This document shows positions 37,216 to 50,900 of a stretch of 64,000 bases of DNA, one piece after another. The notes beneath the pieces were generated by a model, which saw only the letters and a list, made by a program, of their open reading frames with translations, was not told where the DNA came from and did not search any database. A program made the position numbers and the translations under genes. The stretch comes from Octopus bimaculoides. Lineage: Eukaryota. Within the stretch, counting starts at the first letter, position 1. The number at the start of each line of letters is the position of its first letter. Where the stretch lies: contig NC_068990.1 of the NCBI RefSeq assembly GCF_001194135.2, positions 56,622,075 to 56,686,074 of the forward strand, in the 5' to 3' direction.

Positions 37216-39416
37216 AAAATAACATATATAACAAGTTAAATAGTTCATGGGTCTTGAATACAATCAATCTACTAGAAAAACAGATGTTTATGAGTAAGAA
37301 AATAAAGAAGGAACTGAATGCATCATGCTTCATTCTCATGTTTAGTATTTTGGTTAACATGTTTTGCATCCTAAAAATCTGAAAATAAATTGCAATAGAA
37401 ACTGGAGTTGACAATAGCGAAATCCCAGTTTCAGAATTTATGGGAGCAACTGTCTTTGAAGATTCATATTGTCATTGAATGTTCGAAATGAGGAGTAGAC
37501 AAACAGTCAACAACTAATGAAGGGTTGTTCTCTGTGTTTACTTGTTCCTGTTTTCCATATTTTCTCTCATTGTTTGCATACTTTTTTTCGTATTTCATGT
37601 TGTTTACGCAGATGGTGATGTTCTGTACCCATAAAAGCATATATATANNNNNNNNNNNNNNNNNNNNNNNNNNNNNNNNNNNNNNNNNNNNNNNNNNNNN
37701 NNNNNNNNNNNNNNNNNNNNNNNNNNNNNNNNNNNNNNNNNNNNNNNNNNNNNNNNNNNATATATATATATATATATACACATATATATATACACATATA
37801 CATACACACATATGTCATTTATATTATATCTATCTATCTATCTATCCATTTATCTATCTATCTATCTATCTATCTATATGTATATAATATGTGTGTGTGT
37901 GTGGTGTGTATGTGTGTGTGTGCATGCACACATGCATGTGTGTATCTTTGTGTATGTGTTTGTCACCTCTTGACAATTGGTGCTGGTTTGTTTATGCACT
38001 TCATGAGTTAGCAGTTCAGCAAATGACACTGATAGAATAAGTACTAAATTAAAAAAAAAAAATAAGCACCAGAATTGATTCATTCAACTAAAAATTCTTC
38101 AAGTGGTGCCCCAGCATGGCCTCAATCAAATGACTAAAACAAGTAAAGGATAACTGTTCACTGTCTCTGAACCTATGTTGCCACATATTCTCATACCATT
38201 TGCAGCATTAAGAAACATCACTCAACTGAGGCTCTTCTTGGTGATTAACCACTACCTTTCAAGACTTTCAATAGTTTGTGTAGGAAGGCGGTCGGCTGGC
38301 AGAAACGTTAGCATGCAGGGCAAAATACTTAGCAGTATTTCGTCTGTCTTTATGTTCTAAGTTCAAATTCCACCAAGGTCGACTTTGCTTTTCATCGTTT
38401 TGGGGTCATGGGCCTTGTACCTTGAGTAGAAACGAATAGTTTGTGTAGTATCGTTGTCATTTTTGGACAAGCAAAACTTTTAAAATTTCATGACTATGTA
38501 TGTTGTCTGAACTAACATTGAAAGCCTACCTAACAGATATCAAATGCATCTTTGGTAAATCCCCTGCTTTGTAATGGGCCAAAGGCTTTCCTACATACGT
38601 TCGAAGATTGCAGCCAGGCAGTATTTTTCTGTACTCCTTTCTCCTGCACTAACCACTCTATTCCTTTTATGCTAATTACCTTGGTGATATTTTTAATGCA
38701 TGTATTTGTGAAATTATGAAATTTCACTATTGTCCCTTCTGGTACAATTTACTTTCAATTTTTTATGACACTAAATTGCATGTTGACCTTTAGTTTTTAA
38801 TTAAACTTATATAAAATTCAACTTTATGTTTAACCATCAGTGATCCACAAAATAAATAACAGTAATATCTTTGGGATAACTCAGTCAACTAAATCTAACT
38901 ATCATAAAATTTGAACTTGTAATCTATACACACCCTTCCTTCAAATCAATAAATTATTTAAAAATATGTACTGTGTGAACCAGTATGCAGAAATCAAAAT
39001 ATTTTTCTACAGAACAAATTATTAATACAGCAGCTTCTAAATCTGCAAGTCTTTTGGAGTCCATTTTGTTATCTGCATTTTTGAATCCTGCAAATTATTA
39101 TCATCTTCTAATGTTGTTAATGCTGAATTAATCACAAGCCTCAGTCTTGAAACATGCTTTCTTTGTCCACATGAACAGTGCTTACAAGGAAAGTCAATAC
39201 CAGTCATTAGAAAGTCTTTTGAAATCCAGCTTTTAATTATGAAATCAAATTGCCATGTCTCTTAATCAATTAGCTATCATTATATANNNNNNNNNNNNNN
39301 NNNNNNNNNNNNNNNNNNNNNNNNNNNNNNNNNNNNNNNNNNNNNNNNNNNNNNNNNNNNNNNNNNNNNNNNNNNNNNNNNNNNNNNNNNNNNNNNNNNN
39401 NNNNNNNNNNNNNNNN

Positions 39417-39463
<47 letters not shown>

Positions 39464-39481
39464 TACACACACACACATATA

Positions 39482-40314
39482 CAGGGTGGTCCAAAAGTCA
39501 CTGACGGATTGCAATTTTTGATAGTTGTTTTATTTTTTGACATTTTTCTTTTCTGTTCAGGGATTTTATGGACTAAGTCCTGGAAATTATTCATGGACAA
39601 ATAAGGCACCACACAATGCATCTAAGTGGTGAAATTGTTCTATCAAAATCAAGGGATCGATTATTCAAACCCAAAGTGCATGTCATTGGCATTTTTAAGT
39701 GAGAGGTGCTCCAAATTAAAATATAATGAAGAATTTTGAAAAACAAGGGGCAGTAAGTGATATCCCACGATCTGCGAGACCTTGCACTGTCAGAACTGAT
39801 GAGAGAGTATTGAACAGTATCTGGGTATATCAACTCGAAGGCAGTCCAGACAGCATGGGATTTCACAAACTTTGCTATAAAGAGTTCTCAGTAGCCATAA
39901 CATTTTTCCATACAAGATACAGGTGGTTCTACAATTGAAGCCCAGGACTATTGACACAGACTGCAATATGCTTTCAAAATCCAGAAATTAGCATAAAATG
40001 ACCAAAATTTTACACGTAAACTGATCATGTCTGATGAAGCTCACTTTCATTTGAATGGGTTTATCAATGGGAATTCTGAGAATCTGAGAGCACTACACCA
40101 AAGTGACTTGCATACCATAAAATGTGAAGCTGAAAATGGATGTAATTTAAAAGATGTCATTTTCATATGTAATGCAGAGGAATGATGAAAAAGAACTAAT
40201 GAAAATTAATCTCCATTACCTCCTCTATATTAAATTAAAATTTTGTACACCTATTTGTAAAAATAAGGGAGTTACTAAAAATGAAAACCCCTCAATGACT
40301 TCTGGGTCACCCTG
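39482..40314 (+). mobile_element. Internally deleted rosa (DD41D)-like mariner with both TIRs and TA TSD
   Basis: TIRs cagggtggtccaaaagtcactga / tcaatgacttctgggtcaccctg, flanked by TA. Degenerate transposase includes RSARPCTVRT and KLIMSDEAHFHLNGFIN, fused to the C-terminal ENGCNLKDVIF. The second and third catalytic residues are deleted, so the family is inferred from the motif only. Confidence 0.82.
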
Positions 40315-41218
40315 TATATATAAATGTTTGTTTTTATGTTCAGTTATAAAAAAATCAATTTTACATGGGTTACTCTATACTTTTACAGAGTACAAATATA
40401 TTATTCTTATACAAGAATGTCGTTGGCAGTAACTTCAATGATTTGGCCNNNNNNNNNNNNNNNNNNNNNNNNNNNNNNNNNNNNNNNNNNNNNNNNNNNN
40501 NNNNNNNNNNNNNNNNNNNNNNNNNNNNNNNNNNNNNNNNNNNNNNNNNNNNNNNNNNNNNNNNNNNNNNNNNNNNNNNNNNNNNNNNNNNNNNNNNNNN
40601 NNNNNNNNNNNNNNNNNNNNNNNNNNNNNNNNNNNNNNNNNNNNNNNNNNNNNNNNNNNNNNNNNNNNNNNNNNNNNNNNNNNNNNNNNNNNNNNNNNNN
40701 NNNNNNNNNNNNNNNNNNNNNNNNNNNNNNNNNNNNNNNNNNNNNNNNNNNNNNNNNNNNNNNNNNNNNNNNNNNNNNNNNNNNNNNNNNNNNNNNNNNN
40801 NNNNNNNNNNNNNNNNNNNNNNNNNNNNNNNNNNNNNNNNNNNNNNNNNNNNNNNNNNNNNNNNNNNNNNNNNNNNNNNNNNNNNNNNNNNNNNNNNNNN
40901 NNNNNNNNNNNNNNNNNNNNNNNNNNNNNNNNNNNNNNNNNNNNNNNNNNNNNNNNNNNNNNNNNNNNNNNNNNNNNNNNNNNNNNNNNNNNNNNNNNNN
41001 NNNAGGAGGTGGTAGAATTTGATTAATTTACCATGGTTTTGTTCTATATTTTTTTCCCCTTTTTTTCTCAGTGGGGTGATGAATTTCCTTATTTAAATGT
41101 GTTAGCAATGGTTAAGTTTGGGTTTGTATTTTTGAATGAAAAAGGTTTCCTTATTTAATCTAATCTGTGTTGTTATATATATATACATACATACATATGT
41201 GTGAGTATATACATATAT

Positions 41219-41462
41219 GTGGAGACGTGTGGCTTAGTGGTTAGGGTGTCAGCATCATGATCGCAAGATTGTGGTTTCGATTCCTGGACCAGGCGACGCA
41301 TTGTGTTCTTGAGCAAAACACTTCATTTCACGTTGCTCCAGTCCACTCAAAAATGAGTGACGCTGCGATGGACTGGCATCCCATCCAGCTGGGGAGCACA
41401 TACGCCATTGAAACCAGGAAGCCGGGGGCCCATGAACCTGGCTAGGCTTTAAAAGGGCGCAT
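41219..41462 (+). mobile_element. SINE family D (tRNA-like head + gtgttcttgagcaaaacacttcatttcacgttgctccagtccac domain)
   Basis: Box A tggcttagtgg and box B gtttcgattcc. Related copies at about 47490-47815(-), 48408-48706(-), 48999-49341(+), 58095-58428(-). Confidence 0.8.
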
Positions 41463-43176
41463 TTATTATATTTATCATATATATATATATATGATAAATA
41501 TAATATCTATTTATTTATCTACCTATCTATCTACACACACACAGATCACACAGATTAATGAAATTAATGTTACACTTGTTTATACTATGTAATCAAAGGA
41601 ATGGGAAACAGTTTATATATTCAATTCTTGAAAAGAAAAGCACTCATAAAATACAGTAGGCCTATAACGTCCCTACCCTCTCCACCATGCACACACTTCT
41701 ATGAAAAATATTTGGAATTCAAGTGAAAAAATATGCTTTCTTTAGTTATGCAATTAGCAAGAAATTATGGACACAGTAAAAATAATAATAGATATTTTTT
41801 ACTTTTTATTACAAAAAGCAACTGATGTTGAATGCTTTGCCTTCCTTTAAATTCCAAATTTTTGTCCATAACAGAATATGATGGGGTCAAATTTTTCTTT
41901 CATCATTTCAAGGGTAGTAGACTCATGAAATTTTGAAGTGTCTGATGAGATGCAATGTATTGTCTTCAGGAAAATGGATTCATATCTTACTGATGATGGG
42001 TATCATAGATGATCACTGCAAGACTGGGGGAACAGCATATCTCTACTGTAAGACTGGCCTCCAATAGTCTCCCTACATTTTGTCGAAGTGGCAGAGATAT
42101 TTAAAACCAAGCTCTTTGGAGACTTCGTAAATATTTTCAGAAACCTTATAAACATCCTCAGCAAGAAAAAAATATCAAAGTTAATGATATGTGTGAGTGA
42201 GTGTGTGTGTGTATGTGTGTGTGTGTGTGTGTGTGTATTATTCTATTTATTAAGCATGATACTTATTCTATCAGTCTCTTGCTAAGTTCCAAGGATGTAA
42301 ACAAACCAGCATCAGCTATTAAGTGGTGGTGGAGGGAAAACACTGACAAACACACACATACATACATGCAAACACACACACACATGTACACTACATATGT
42401 GTGTATGTATGTATGTATGCATGAATGTATTGATGCTAGAATTTTAAACTAAGACTGTAGGTAACTCTGAAAAAAAGGACCCTGATTGATTAGTGTTGCT
42501 ATAGAAACCTCGAAGTTATAGTTACCATGTAATTACATTATTAATTTATACACACTCATTATCATGTATGACTACAATTTGTACAAAGTTACAAATGTAG
42601 TGCTTACATCCTTGTAGAAGTACACAATGATGGATACATACCAAGACCAAGATTCCATCTCCTAGAAACCAACAGTATTTCAATACAAGATGCTGCCCAG
42701 TTGACAATCGGAGAATGGCAGCTGGATCCATCTACATCACATCCATTTTCCTCCATGAACAAAGAAACTTTGGAAATATTGGTATTTCATTGCTGAAGAT
42801 GATCATGACAACCAAATATCAGAATGAAAGAGCTGTTGTCTATTTATGTTACAAAGATGTTTAAGTCTTGACATATGTTAGAACACATTGAGAAGCAAAA
42901 ATAGAAACATAGCTTGTTTATGTTACAAAGTTGTCTGAGTTTTGACATGCACCAGAACAAAATAGGGTGCAAAAGTACACACATATTAGATTTTAAGGGG
43001 ACAAATTTTTACAGACAGAAATGCTATTTTCTGTTTAAAGCTTTTAAGCTAGTATCTACTATGGAGGCCAACAATAACATTAGTTGCAGGAATAGAGAAA
43101 CTAACTGGCTCAATCCACTATTATACTCACTGTAATTACTTCAAAATATCCTAATTAATCAAAAAATATTTCACAT

Positions 43177-43348
43177 AGGCATAGGAGTGGCTGTGTGGTA
43201 AGTATCTTGCTTACCAACCACATGGTTCCGGGTTCATTCCCACTGCGTGGCATCTTGGGCAAGTGTCTTCTGCTATAGCCTCGGGCTGACCAAAGCCTTG
43301 TGAGTGGATTTGGTAGACGGAATCTGAAAGAAGCCTGTAGTATATATG

Positions 43349-43421
<73 letters not shown>

Positions 43422-43640
43422 ATATGTTTGTGTGTCTGTGTTTGTCCCCCCCAACATCACTTGACAACCAATGATGGTGTGTTTATGTCCCTGTAACTTA
43501 GCGGTTCAGCAAAAGAGACCGATAGAATAAATACTAGGCTTACAAAGAATAAGTCCTGGGGTCGATTTACTCGACTAAAGGTGGTGCCCCAGCATGGCCG
43601 CAGTCAAATGACTGAAACAAGTAAAAGAGTAAAAGAGTAT
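43177..43640 (+). mobile_element. SINE family A, full length, young
   Basis: Complete copy closely matching 19568-19985 and 45546-45968. Confidence 0.93.
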
Positions 43641-44716
43641 AACAGATATTACAAAATTCTCAGTAAAAATACAATTAAACTCTCTTACACCAAGACTCAA
43701 AGCTTTGATAAAAAATTTGCTTCATCCAACCTTTTTAAACTAAATCAATATACAAGCATCAACAACTGCAACTGTCACAAGCCAAATATATAATCACATT
43801 ATTTGCTTAGCAGAAAACATAGTTTGCAAATCCTCCATGCACAACCATTCATTATCCAGTGAATATATACAGGTCTAACTTCCAATCTGTTTAAACTGCT
43901 CAACTATCAGCACAATTACACTTTTTCAAAATGTGTTTTACCCAGGATCGTTTAGTTTCATATTCACTGTTAACTCTTATATCTTGATACTATTCTTCTA
44001 TGCACTCCTTTGAAACCGGAGCTGGTGTTCAAAATCATTGCCAAGAAGGATTAGTGGAGTAGCAAGTTTGGTTGCTAATGACTCGACCATGCAACAGGTT
44101 GTACTGGGTTACATCACACACAAACACACACACACACATACAAAGATATATGGTTAAGTAAATAATCTGAGAGATGTACAAGTAGACAGATAAGTAAGTT
44201 GTAAGGCTGGGAGATAGACACTAACAGATATACGATATACACACTTCTAATAGTACAGCTGCCACGATAAAATGCAACCAGTTCTTTCTGTAAAGTGGCA
44301 TGCAATAGAAAGGGTAACCAGCCATAAAAAATCCCAATAATAGAACATAAAACTTAGTCCCCAATCCATCTGTAATTGCAGTTGTTTCAAATAAGGTCAT
44401 GACAACTCCTTCAAATAAAATGAACACAACCCCTTCTTTTCAAATAAACATGGAAAGTGGTATAAATTGATGATGCACACATACTAGTATGTAAATTTAA
44501 AAAGAAAGTTAGCTCAGGAAGCATTTTAAGTATCTTTGAGCCATGTTCATGAATGAAGGGAAGCAGAGGGCTGAAATGGATGCCAGAAATGTACCTGCGC
44601 CTGCATTTGATTCTTTGAAGCAAAGAAGTCAGTAAAAAGAACCCAACTCATTACCAACTGATCTGGATGGAAACTGAAAGAAGCTCATCACATTTATATA
44701 TATGTGTGCATGTAAT

Positions 44717-44760
<44 letters not shown>

Positions 44761-45545
44761 TGCACTACTGTCCCCTTCCTTTGACATCCCATGGTAGTTG
44801 TAAAAGAGTGTCACTGTCATGCAAGCGGTGTCTTTCCTTTCCAGTCTACTGCAAAAACCAATCTGGTAATGAGGGAAATATCACCTTACTTGGAAACAGG
44901 TGAGGGTTGACCACAAGATGGAAATCCTGCTGTAGAAAATCTGCTTCAGCAAATTCCAGCCAACTCATGCAAGCATAGAAAAGTGGATGTTGAAGCAATG
45001 ATGATGATGATGATGATGATGACTCAAAAATTTGACAGTCTGTTGATAGTCATAACTGCCAGTATGTTTTTGTGGCAATTGAAACAAACACCATCACGTA
45101 CCGGTCACACTTCCAAGCTATAATTCTTATAACAACTTTAACAACTCTTTAACTAATAACTTTCTGGTTCTGAACAACACCATTCAAACTTCACAGCCAG
45201 GTTCTTCTCCTTTGATTAATTTATTTAATTAACAAATTTACTTAACATACTGAGGGGTGCTCTGTACAATTCATATTTTAATTAATTATTTTGAAAACTC
45301 TACAGACACAGTTTAATTTAAGTTTTGAAACAGTTCTTAATAAGAACTTTATAAATATATTTCTAACTTTCTAATTTCATTCCAAACCTGTTTCATTGAT
45401 AAATATAGATAAATATTTCATATTGTTAACAACCTGTATTGAAAACTCAATCTTACACAGAACCAATATTGTGAAACATTTGTAGCCATTCCATCTTCTA
45501 GAAATAGTAGACATAGCTCCTTCAAAAATCACATTTTAAAGTTAT

Positions 45546-45968
45546 ACTCTCTTTTACTCTTTTACTCTTTTACTTGTTTCAGTCATTTGACTGCGGCCAT
45601 GCTGGGGCACCACCATTAGTCGAGCAAATCGACCCCAGGACTTATTCTTTGGATGCCTAGTACTTATTCTATCTGTCTCTTTTGCCGTACTGCTAAGTTA
45701 CAGGGACGTAAACACACCACCATCGGTTGTCAAGCGACGTTGATGGGACAAACACAAACACACAAACACATACATACATATATATATGTATATATATACA
45801 TATACATATATACGACAGGCTTCTTTCAGTTTCCGACTACCAAATCCACTCACAAGGCTTTGGTCGGCCCGAGGCTATAGTAGAAGACACTTGCCCAAGG
45901 TGCCACGCAGTGGGAATGAACCTGGAACCATGTGGTTGGTAAGCAAGCTACTTACCACACAGCCACTC
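45546..45968 (-). mobile_element. SINE family A, near full length, young
   Basis: Complete tail and body; the head ends at cagccactc. Confidence 0.93.
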
Positions 45969-46228
45969 AACAGATTTTCTATAAAAATTTGAGCCAGCAC
46001 TGAAAGTTACAACATTTTGTATATGAATATGTCTATGTAAACAATGAGATCAAAGACAGAAAAATAGGTAATGGGTGTATATGCATATTTCAGGAGTTCT
46101 TGCACCTTCTCCAGCACCACATCAGATCCATTAACCATCCACGAACACATTGCTTATATAACAACCAAATTTAGTGGAAATACCAATTTTACATATTATG
46201 CTTATACCTGGCAACTTTTACGTACATA

Positions 46229-46746
46229 TTAATTGCTGGTAGGGACACTGTATTTCCTTATACAACTACAATATAGTTGGTAGTATATAAGCCTACTACC
46301 AAGTATATTATGGTTGTATTACATAATATGGTGTCCATTGCCAGCAATTAAAAACACTGTCTAAATGAAGGACACATAAGATGATATAATACTGGGTCAA
46401 CTATGCCTGAAAATGTGATTGAAATGTCGTTACTAGATTATTTGATATGCTTGCTTGATCATGATATGCTTGATCATGATTGTTGATATGCTTGCTTAAT
46501 CTGCAGCTAAACACCAGCCACCTAATAATTTGACATAAACTCTGCATCAATACTTCTCAATTAATTTTTTCCAGTGAATCACTTTGATTCCTATTTCACA
46601 TGGACGAATCCTCATAACTATTTGATATTTAAAAAATCCCATTTTGTGTATTGTAGAAGTATAACCAATTCATTGTATATAAGCTTTAACCATAGAATCT
46701 TATAATGAACCTCAAGAGTTATATGGACCCTAGCTGAGAGCCACTA
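46229..46746. mobile_element. Partial copy of the hAT-type MITE, beginning with a 123-bp imperfect palindrome
   Basis: Homologous to 19119-19570 plus 19986-20056; right TIR gctgagagccacta. Confidence 0.8.
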
Positions 46747-48801
46747 TTCTACCCCAATACTTTTTTAATTTTAGCTACAGTCCCTTTTCTTTTGCTAACA
46801 TTTTTTCAACACTTACTTGCTGGAATTCCATGCCCCTGTACGTTTTAATGCCCATACAGGGACGGCAGTAGGCACAGGCATAGCTATGTGGTGAGAAGTT
46901 TGTTTCCCAACCATATAGTTCCAGGTTTAGTCCCACTGTGTGGAACCTTGCACAAGTCAACCATGACTTTGTAAGTGGATTTGGTAGACAGAAACTGAAA
47001 GTCCGTCATATATATCTTTAATGTGATTTTTAAAAATACATGTTTACTGTGGATTTCTGGTAATGCATGCCTGAGTGAAGTATAAATGACCAGACTTCAA
47101 CTTTTGAACATGTTGTAGATTCCATTAACATAAGAATTTGTTGTGAAAATATTTTTATCTTTCATGAAATTTTCTCTAAATACATTTTAGAGTGCATAGA
47201 TTATGATTATATTGGAATATAATGTAAACCCCCCCCCCAAAAAAAAAACAGGTGGATAATACAAACATACTGACACACACCACATATGTCTACAAAATGT
47301 AACATGAAATTTTGGAAAATATATATTGTGATGTGTGTCAGTATGTGTGTGTGCTCACCCTTTTAGGAATCTGTTGTGAAATGAATTTTTCGTAAAAAAT
47401 ATGATAGAAAACTCATGTAATGATCTCAGGTTAGAGTAATTTAATTCCAGGTACTAGTTTGATGCAGGAGACTACTTAGTACAACACTATTCTATCATAT
47501 GGAAATTGACCCCCTTAAGTCATGAATGACCATGGTACTGCACCTAGAAAGTTACCTTCAAGACACAAACCAGCAGTTGCCCCTACATATCAGCTTCCTC
47601 TCTCCATACCACCAATGTTATCTAAGGGAAAGGCAAAGGCTGGTACAGCTTGGTACCAGTGACATTGCATCTCATTTCAGCAGCTGAGTGAACTGGAACA
47701 ACATGAAATAAAGTGTCTTGCTCAAGAACACAACACGCAGCCCAATCAGGGAATCAAATTCACTTCCTTATGATTGTGATCCTGGCACTCTAATTACTGA
47801 GTCGTGCACTTTCGTTACCCTACTATAAGCAAATAATAATAATAATGGCTAGTAATTTCAGGGGAAGGAGTAAGTCAGTTACATTGATCCCAGTACTCAA
47901 CTGGTACTTATTTCACCGACCCTAAAAGAATGAAAGGCAAAGTCAATCTTGACAGCATTTAAACTCAGAACAAAAAGACAGACAAAATATCGCTTGGTTT
48001 TCTGCATAGCATGTTAACAATGCTAGTGTATTTATGTCGCCATAACTTAGTGGTTTGATAAAAGACACTGATAAAATATGTACTAGGTTTACAAAGAGTA
48101 AGTTCTGGGGTCGATGTTTACGACTAAAACCCTTTAAGCATGGCCACAGTCAAATGATTTAAACAAATAAAAGAAAAGAATGCGTATGTAACAGGTATCA
48201 GTTGGATTAGTTATTTTACATGAAATAATTCAAAATGCCCAGGAGTGTCCTTTAAAGCAATCTTACTTTTTGAACAAGGTCCAATTAACTAGCTTTGATC
48301 TCTTACACATATACATGGTTCAATTACTGAATTAAGTAAACCTTTTAATGAAGCCAAATTGAGATGGTATTTCTTCTCTAAATAGAAAGCAAGATTAAAT
48401 GTGTTGTTTGTTTCTTCTCAAGCCATGCCTGGCTCATAAAGGCTGGTTTTCTGGTTTCATTGGTGTATAAGTACCCCACCTAGATGGGATGCCGGTCTGT
48501 CACAGGTGAGCTGCTAGATGCAAGAGGAAAGAGTGAGAGAAAGTTGTGGTGAAAGAGTCAGCAGAAGTTCACCATTATCTTCTGCCGGAGCTGTGTGGAG
48601 CTTAGGTGTTTCACTCATAAACACACATCGCCTGGTCTGAGATTCAAACCCACGATCCCTCGACCACGAGTCCACTGCTCTAACCACTAGGCCATGTGCC
48701 TCCACAAGATTAAATGTGCTTTGTAATTATTTGTTTGCCATCTCACAGTCATTAATTCAAAATCAAGCTGGGGTGAACTTTTCTTTTTGAATTTCAGATC
48801 A

Positions 48802-49364
48802 GTTAACCTTTTAGCATTTAAAACGGCCATATCCAGCCCAAATATTTTAACTGTTTTATGTTCAAACTGGTCAGATCTAACTTCTCATACCTATCCCTCA
48901 ATGTTATTTTAAAAATAAATAATCAGATCATTGAAATTTTGACACTACAAGGTGATCAATTCAAAAGAACATGAATAAATATGCATTACATTTGACAGAG
49001 TTAAGGCATGTGGTTTAGTGGTTAGAATAATCAGTTCACAATTGTTAGGCTGTGAGTTCACAAACTGGTGGCAACTTGTGTCCTTGAGCAAGACACTTTA
49101 TTTCATGTTGCTCCAGTCCACGCAGCTGGCAAAAATGAGCTGTACCTGTAATTCTAAGGGCCAAGCTTGTCACATTCTGTGTCACAATGAATCTCTCTGA
49201 GAATTATGTTAAAGGTAAATGTGTCTGTGGAGTGCTCAGCCACTTGCTCCTAAATTTCACAAGCAGACTGTTCCATTCATGAGATCAACTGGAACCCTCA
49301 TCATTATAACCAAAGGAATGCCAGTTAGTTACATTTGACAGGCTAATCTAAATGCTAGTGTTAA
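48802..49364. mobile_element. piggyBac-type MITE interrupted by a family D SINE with 13-bp TSD
   Basis: ttaaccttttagcatt...aatgctagtgttaa ends. ttacatttgacag is duplicated at 48986-48998 and 49329-49341. Confidence 0.85.
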
Positions 49365-49879
49365 ATGTTGATGATATACTGACATTATGAAGCATTCCAT
49401 TGGCAAGAAACATTTCATCCTCCATCAATTCCAGACATCAAATTTACATCTTTTGGTTTGTTATACAATTAGCTATGTACTGTTAAATATGCAGGGCACC
49501 ACATTCTTCTGTGTAATCAGTAATAATCTGGCTCTAAAATTGTATTATTTTAGAGCTTTATGTACACATCTCTCTATAATATACTGCGTAATAACTTTCT
49601 ACTATAGCTTTCCTTGGATACACTGTGCAGCATCAATGGCCTTTCTGTCACCCATACTTTCACTATTAACAACCAATCCAACACCATCACCTTCTACTAC
49701 TCTTCGTTGAAGGACAAGAATCTAAAATGTCAAATGTGGCCCTCCTTCTTACAACAATCAAATAACATTCTATATAAATTCATCTCTAACTCCTTTTTCA
49801 TTCATGATGCTGTCACCCATGATATATGCAGATAGGCAAGCACAAAGTATGTGATTTAAAGATTACTAATAAGTACTAG

Positions 49880-50295
49880 TTGTGTTGGATTGGACATGTC
49901 ATCAGAATGACTAATGACCGTGTACCCAGACAACCTTTGAGCTCATGAAGGGCTCACACAAACGAAGAAGGCCTAAACTAAGGTACAACCCTCAAAAGCA
50001 ACCTCAAATGATATTAGTCCATGCAAACTCGAAGCCTCTGCCACAGACAGATTTGCATGAAGGTCTCCTGCCTCATGAGCAGCAGCTGCCTTTGAAGAGG
50101 ACCGGTGACAGTGTCTTGATGCTGCAAGAGAACAATGTCACAGGGCAGCTTTGGCTTCAATCCAGTTAACTGACTATAGTTGTGACATCCGTGGGTGTCA
50201 ATGTGCTTTCAGTTTTAGACTGCAGATCCACATGCACTCTCATCTCTGAGAACACAGACTTTGTCATCATCAGACACCGATGGACTAACAACTCC
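49880..50295 (+). mobile_element. RTE (BovB-like) LINE 3' end relic
   Basis: CWIGHVIRMTNDRVPRQ...GSHKRRRPKLRY...YSCDIRGCQCAFSFRLQIHMHSHL* correspond to the RTE WxGHVxRM motif and the terminal C2H2-like finger. Confidence 0.82.
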
Positions 50296-50429
50296 AATGA
50301 GTACTAGTCGTATTGTGGTCATTTTACAAAGAAGATATGTAGCACAATTGCAACTACAGTATTAACAAACTCCACTGTATCAGCACTTTTCTCCCCCTAC
50401 TATAGGCCTATGTTTGACTCATGATGCTT

Positions 50430-50900
50430 CCTACTTTATCAGGTAAGAATAACTTTGAATCCACAGTTTCTTTCTCTTAATGTGCAATATGATCAAGTCC
50501 AAGAGTTATTAACAAACCTTTGAACCATTTGTTCATAGCCAGTGGAATATCTATCTATACTGTTGTATATTACCATTTTCTGCATAGTCTACAAAGGAAT
50601 ACATACATCTTTTAACAACCACTATGTAATAACTTTTCTCCCTGTGCTTCAGTTTGCTGTTCTCTCTAGGATATACAATATAATAGCCTTAATTCTGTAA
50701 TTCATAAGCCAGGTTTCATTCTAATATATTGTTTTTATTACTTAATATGTATCTTAGATATGTGCAATGCTTTTCTTACAGACTTTGTTATACACCTGTG
50801 TAGCCTTTCTTGGATATTTTCTTTGTAGTTTTATTAGAGTATTTCCCTGGTACACTAATAAATTGCGTCACCCTCTGCTCTGTTACGAATATCACTTCTC
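50430..50900 (-). mobile_element. Possible CR1/L2-like LINE 3' relic
   Basis: Only weak residual motifs (QRVTQFISVPG, similar to QRRATK) amid stops. Confidence 0.25.

Noticed and set aside
37480-37530. Type II hammerhead-like order (cgaaat...gta...ctaatgaaggg)
   Set aside because: Core mutated (CUAAUGA) and stem I not contiguous with the core.
44221-44427. Hydrophobic membrane-protein-like ORF (LLLGFFMAGYPFYCMPLYRKNW)
   Set aside because: The DNA is a decayed family C SINE body (tttttatggctgg.t.ccctt.ct...ccactttacaga...ctgg.tgc.tttt..cgtggca).
48640-48706. tRNA-like sequence (also 41219-41295)
   Set aside because: It is a SINE head: it continues into SINE body and lacks a closed acceptor stem.
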